A stretch of 7,585 nt of DNA from a virus. A program made the position numbers and the translations under genes. The stretch is taken from positions 1 through 7,585 of the IMG/VR virus record IMGVR_UViG_3300006192_000003. One strand, given 5' to 3'. Below are positions 5,236 to 7,585 of this stretch, piece by piece (positions within the stretch are counted from its first letter, which is position 1; each line of letters starts with the position of its first letter). Below the pieces are notes generated by a model. The model saw only the letters and a list, made by a program, of their open reading frames with translations. It was not told where the DNA came from and did not search any database.

Positions 5236-5398
5236 CGCTGCCGCGCATTCGCGCTCTGCTTGGTAGGGGTTCCCCCTCGCGCTTCGCGCTACCCCAACCG
5301 TGAAACGTTGATCGTTCTCCGCAGCTAGAAGCCCCGCTCCGCGAACATTCGTTCGCTACTCGGCCAGGGGCTTGCCCCTGCGCCCTTCGGGCTACCCC
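5236..5398. repeat. Duplicated three-hairpin module (copies at 5236-5295 and 5335-5398), candidate minus-strand origin or packaging signal
   Basis: Copy 1 reads CGCTGCC-GCGC ATTC GCGC-...-GGGG TT CCCC-CTC-GCGC TTC GCGC-TACCCC. Copy 2 reads CGCTCC-GCGAAC ATTC GTTCGC-...-GGGGC TT GCCCC-TGC-GCCC TTC GGGC-TACCCC. The loops are conserved. The stems differ but stay complementary. Confidence 0.6.
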
Positions 5399-5498
5399 CC
5401 TACGACCTTACGGAAATTGCCTCCGGGACCCACCACCGAATAAACCTGACGTGCAACTACCGTTGCGGAAAAGCGGGCGAACAGTGAGGGGGTAAGGG

Positions 5499-5726
5499 TC
5501 AGAACCGGATTTCGGCATTGTCTAAGGCGGCGCTAATGACTTCGCGGGCATGGTCGAATTGGTCCCTGCAACCGTGCCAAAAAGCACACAGAAGCCAGTG
5601 GGCCTTTTGGGAAGCAAGATAGAGATCATCAGGGTTTCGGCAGTCCTCGATCTGGTCGCAGAAGGCGCGGATTCGGTCAAGATTTAGGGGCTTATCGGCA
5701 AACGAATAAAGTTCTTCTGGGTTCAT
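5499..5726 (-). CDS. Hypothetical protein, 75 aa, Cys/His-containing and acidic
   Basis: The sequence is MNPEELYSFADKPLNLDRIRAFCDQIEDCRNPDDLYLASQKAHWLLCAFWHGCRDQFDHAREVISAALDNAEIRF. It starts 3 nt after the orf88 stop, with AAGGA 10 nt upstream. No family is recognised. Confidence 0.5.
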   Translation of the reverse strand: MNPEELYSFADKPLNLDRIRAFCDQIEDCRNPDDLYLASQKAHWLLCAFWHGCRDQFDHAREVISAALDNAEIRF

Positions 5727-5729
5727 GGC

Positions 5730-5996
5730 TTAGGCATCCTTCTCGAATAAATCGCGCTGGTTGATGGTTTCAAGAAAGTGGCCGCAAGCGTGTCGAGCAC
5801 TGGCTAGAACATCGTGAAGATGGTCGATTCGCTCCTGAAGCTGGGCGCACTCAAAGGAAAGACGTGTGTTCTCCTCGGCCATCTCAACGAACTTAGAGGC
5901 GGCGAAGAAAACAGCCTTAGAGCCGGTCGCTTGGCCTGTAGCGTGCTTAAGGTCATCGACCAGGGAGTCGGGGAAGTCAGTAATTTTTACCAGCAT
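5730..5996 (-). CDS. Hypothetical 88-aa protein with a possible RHH-like N-terminus plus coiled coil, apparent paralogue of orf78
   Basis: The sequence is MLVKITDFPDSLVDDLKHATGQATGSKAVFFAASKFVEMAEENTRLSFECAQLQERIDHLHDVLAS.... It shares layout and scattered identities with orf78: (I/F)PxxLV, AV, RL, QLxxxxxxLxxxV. Confidence 0.5.
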   Translation of the reverse strand: MLVKITDFPDSLVDDLKHATGQATGSKAVFFAASKFVEMAEENTRLSFECAQLQERIDHLHDVLASARHACGHFLETINQRDLFEKDA

Positions 5997-5999
5997 ATC

Positions 6000-6126
6000 G
6001 GTACCTTTTCTGTTGTCCTGGTCGGCGACCAGGTAGAGAAAACAGTACCATAATCGCAGAAGGCGTCAACTGTTTTGGTACCTTTTTTGGGTGATCGATG
6101 ACAACCAGGAAGACCGAAACGGTACC
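6000..6126. promoter_or_regulatory. Intergenic cluster of GGTACC palindromes plus a 17-bp perfect palindrome, candidate operator array
   Basis: GGTACC occurs at 6000-6005, 6077-6082 and 6121-6126, and aGTACC at 6044-6049. The start-to-start spacings are 44, 33 and 44 bp. T/A tracts flank the sites. CCTGGTCGGCGACCAGG lies at 6017-6033. Confidence 0.5.
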
Positions 6127-6128
6127 TA

Positions 6129-6365
6129 CTAAAGATCGAGGGCACGCCGGGCGATTGCCTGGAGTTCAGAAACCAACTGATCGAGCTGGGCGGACTCGTT
6201 GTCGAGCTGCTGCACGCGAGAAGTCAGACGGCGGATATCCGCGACGCAATTGGGGTACTGCTCCAGGATGTAGCAAACCGCATCGAGCGGGTGCCGGGTC
6301 GGGGCGTAGAGCTGGGCGGATTCGACCAGGTGGGCGGGAATTTCGAGAGGGATAGGCCGTCGCAT
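6129..6365 (-). CDS. Hypothetical 78-aa protein with a possible RHH-like N-terminus plus coiled coil
   Basis: The sequence is MRRPIPLEIPAHLVESAQLYAPTRHPLDAVCYILEQYPNCVADIRRLTSRVQQLDNESAQLDQLVSELQAIARRALDL. Its ATG lies inside the left dif-like site. Confidence 0.5.
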   Translation of the reverse strand: MRRPIPLEIPAHLVESAQLYAPTRHPLDAVCYILEQYPNCVADIRRLTSRVQQLDNESAQLDQLVSELQAIARRALDL

Positions 6366-6448
6366 AATCGGCCCTATGTTAACCGACGCCCGGAGCTACG
6401 CGGATTTTCCGGACGCCGCTCAACATAAGGCCGGCCATTATGCGAAGC
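6357..6448. other. Candidate attP: two inverted dif-like XerC/XerD sites
   Basis: Site A (plus strand, 6357-6384) is CCGTCGCATAA-TCGGCC-CTATGTTAACC. Site B (minus strand, 6448-6418) is GCTTCGCATAA-TGGCCGGCC-TTATGTTGAGC. E. coli dif is GGTGCGCATAA-TGTATA-TTATGTTAAAT. The two sites can pair with each other as one long imperfect hairpin spanning 6360-6445. Confidence 0.6.
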
Positions 6449-6629
6449 ATATGATGAGAAGCCCCGCGGCAATGGCTGCGAGAATCGCCAGGAGCGCGGG
6501 CGCGGTCATCAGGTCTGGCGGGCCTACTCGCTGAGCGCGAACAGGCTGGGGTTGAAGATCGCCCGATTGTTGCTGCTGGCGTTGCTGGCGGCGCTCCTCG
6601 CGGTACCAGTCGCGGTCATACATGCCCAT
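6438..6629 (-). CDS. Small tail-anchored membrane protein, 63 aa
   Basis: The sequence is MGMYDRDWYREERRQQRQQQQSGDLQPQPVRAQRVGPPDLMTAPALLAILAAIAAGLLIICFA. The N-terminus is Arg/Gln-rich and the C-terminus has a single membrane-spanning segment. A GGAGG SD sits 5 nt upstream. Its stop codon lies inside dif-like site B. Confidence 0.6.
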   Translation of the reverse strand: MGMYDRDWYREERRQQRQQQQSGDLQPQPVRAQRVGPPDLMTAPALLAILAAIAAGLLIICFA

Positions 6630-6647
6630 GAAAGCCTCCAGTCGTCT

Positions 6648-6684
6648 AAGCGGGTCCCTCCCGCAAGCGGGAGCCCTCCCGCTT
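6648..6684 (-). repeat. Overlapping GC-rich hairpins / direct repeats at the gI stop codon
   Basis: CCCTCCCGC occurs at 6656-6664 and 6674-6682, interleaved with AAGCGGG at 6648-6654 and 6665-6671. AAGCGGGA (6665-6672) can pair with TCCCGCTT (6677-6684). Alternatively, GCGGGAG (6667-6673) can pair with CTCCCGC (6658-6664). Confidence 0.5.
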
Positions 6685-7585
6685 AGCCGCCAGTCTGCTT
6701 ATCAGGGGTTTTGCCTGCAAGTGAAACCTGAGGAAGTCCGGAGACAACGTAGCCAACATCGAAGCCCTTGAACTCCAGGCTGATGACGGTCAGCGAGTGG
6801 TAGACGATGGTATAGCCGGCTTCCTCAAGATCACGGAACCCTACCTGGCGAATCGGCTGGCCATTCTGGCTAATCGTCACATAGCCGTTGAGATATTCGC
6901 TCGGATGATCGGCGCCCTTGAGTGTGCGCTTGCCGCGCTGGAGTGCCGCCAGGTGCATCGTATAGCCCTGATATGGGTGAATCAGCTGATCAGGCCCGCG
7001 AGGCTGCGCAACGTCGACAGGAGGCGTTTCAGGCTCGATTTCGACGTACTCCGTAACCACGGGCGGAGCCTGTGGCGGTTGATGAGGCTTCTTGCCGTCG
7101 CGGGTGAGCTGGTACGTAACCAGGAAGACGAAAACGACCGCGCAAAGCGCAGCGCCCTTGAACGGCCAACGCTTCCAGAGCGGCACGATGTCGTTGGCCA
7201 TGGCTTCCAGGACTGCGCCGTTGCTCTTGGTGTGCGACCTGTAGAGCGGAAAATACTTGCTCTCATATTCGCGAACCTGAGTGTTGACGACTTCGCCGCG
7301 AAGTCCGTCCTGAACTTTCCGAATGTACTTTTCATTACTGCCGAAAGCAGTTGCTTTTTTGCAGCGGTAAACGACTTGCACCGCGTCGCGAATTGCCTGA
7401 TTGATCTTGCCGTATGACTGAGTAATCAACAGCACGTCCGCGCCTTCGTGGCGATGTTCGGCAAACCACTCTTCAACGCTTACCGGCGTACCAAGGCGCG
7501 GCAAGGATTTATGGCATTCGTCGATGATATAGAGCGGGCCGAGTTCATCTTTCCCGCGCCAGGAATCGCCGAAGTCTTCGACGCG
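6683..7585 (-). CDS. gI: gI / Zot-like assembly protein, C-terminal part. The frame is open to the right window edge, and 7486-7585 duplicates 1-100.
   Basis: The frame has no stop from 7585 down to the stop at 6683. It reads ...IIDECHKSLPRLGTPVSVEEWFAEHRHEGADVLLITQSYGKINQAIRDAV..., then a membrane-spanning segment (GAALCAVVFVFLVTYQL), a Pro-rich linker and a C-terminal domain. The M at 7504 in the ORF track is a TTG (Leu) internal to the real ORF. Confidence 0.9.
   Translation of the reverse strand, partial: RVEDFGDSWRGKDELGPLYIIDECHKSLPRLGTPVSVEEWFAEHRHEGADVLLITQSYGKINQAIRDAVQVVYRCKKATAFGSNEKYIRKVQDGLRGEVVNTQVREYESKYFPLYRSHTKSNGAVLEAMANDIVPLWKRWPFKGAALCAVVFVFLVTYQLTRDGKKPHQPPQAPPVVTEYVEIEPETPPVDVAQPRGPDQLIHPYQGYTMHLAALQRGKRTLKGADHPSEYLNGYVTISQNGQPIRQVGFRDLEEAGYTIVYHSLTVISLEFKGFDVGYVVSGLPQVSLAGKTPDKQTGG

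Larger units (their letters stand above)
1..7485 (-). mobile_element. Complete circular inovirus (filamentous ssDNA phage) genome, unit length about 7,485 bp. The packaged or coding sense is the window minus strand.
   Basis: Ff-like gene order (gII/gX, gV candidate, gVIII, gIII, gVI, gI) in a tightly packed single orientation. Bases 1-100 equal bases 7486-7585, and gI is in frame across that junction. An Ff-like origin and dif-like attP are also present. Confidence 0.9.

Noticed and set aside
5116-5328. 70-aa plus-strand ORF and 85-aa minus-strand ORF (4948-5205) in or next to the structured intergenic region
   Set aside because: The plus-strand ORF is translated from the origin hairpin and the GC hairpin module, giving an Arg/Pro/Leu-rich sequence, and it has no SD. 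The minus-strand ORF is antisense to the RHH gene and crosses the origin.
5236-5398. Possibility that the repeated hairpins are a CRISPR array or REP/MITE elements
   Set aside because: There are only two copies. The repeats are imperfect, with structured internal hairpins rather than repeat-spacer periodicity, and no cas genes are present. The location matches an inovirus intergenic origin or packaging region.
5263-5403. Long-range 7-bp pairing of GTAGGGG (5263-5269) with CCCCTAC (5397-5403) that would enclose both hairpin modules
   Set aside because: It is short and can be explained as a by-product of the repeated TACCCC/GGGG motifs. It is not strong enough to claim a closing helix without folding calculations.
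5814-6355. Plus-strand ORFs of 79 aa (5814-6053) and 85 aa (6098-6355)
   Set aside because: They are antisense to orf88 and orf78. The 85-aa product is a Gly/Arg/Pro-rich low-complexity sequence. The orientation conflicts with the otherwise unidirectional operon.
6797-7417. 206-aa plus-strand ORF and 117-aa minus-strand ORF (6982-7335) inside gI
   Set aside because: Both lie fully within the gI coding region, on the opposite strand or in another frame. Neither has an SD or a recognisable motif. Long antisense ORFs are expected at this GC content.
7486-7585. The 100-bp end repeat as a biological direct repeat (att duplication or LTR-like)
   Set aside because: It sits inside a coding sequence and restores one continuous gI frame. 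dif-type integration duplicates only a few bases, and the attP candidates lie elsewhere (6357-6448).
6683-7585. Calling the Zot-like protein an enterotoxin or virulence factor
   Set aside because: The similarity I can see is the P-loop assembly-ATPase architecture common to all inovirus gI proteins. Nothing in the sequence supports toxin activity.
1-7585. tRNA, rRNA, integrase, transposase and secretin genes
   Set aside because: I looked for them and found none. There are no cloverleaf-like segments. No ORF is long enough or carries recombinase or secretin-like features. All ORFs longer than 150 aa are accounted for by gII, gIII and gI.

Overview
The window is a complete circular filamentous-phage (Inoviridae) genome of about 7,485 bp, either a replicative form or an excised prophage. 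It has been linearised inside the assembly gene gI (zot-like). Bases 1-100 are identical to bases 7486-7585, and the gI reading frame closes exactly across that junction. All genes but one lie on the minus strand in the classic Ff order: gII with a nested gX, orf91, a gV candidate, two tiny zinc-ribbon ORFs, a small hydrophobic ORF, gVIII, a strong terminator, gIII, gVI, gI. No secretin gene (gIV) is present. After gI comes an accessory block: orf63 (tail-anchored membrane protein), orf78, orf88 and orf75. A 380-bp highly structured non-coding region follows. The only convincing plus-strand gene is a small ribbon-helix-helix (RHH) repressor-like ORF, divergent from gII across a repeat-rich promoter region. 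The most notable non-genic signals are: (1) a plus-strand origin whose nick hairpin and adjacent 12-mer match the Ff (f1/M13) origin core as I recall it; (2) a roughly 60-nt three-hairpin module present twice, with stem-preserving substitutions; (3) two inverted dif-like XerC/XerD sites that can fold into one long imperfect hairpin, resembling the CTXphi attP arrangement; (4) four GGTACC/GTACC sites spaced 44, 33 and 44 bp apart between two apparently paralogous small RHH/coiled-coil ORFs. I saw no rRNA, tRNA or CRISPR. All homology statements rest on my own reading of the sequence and on remembered reference sequences, not on database searches.
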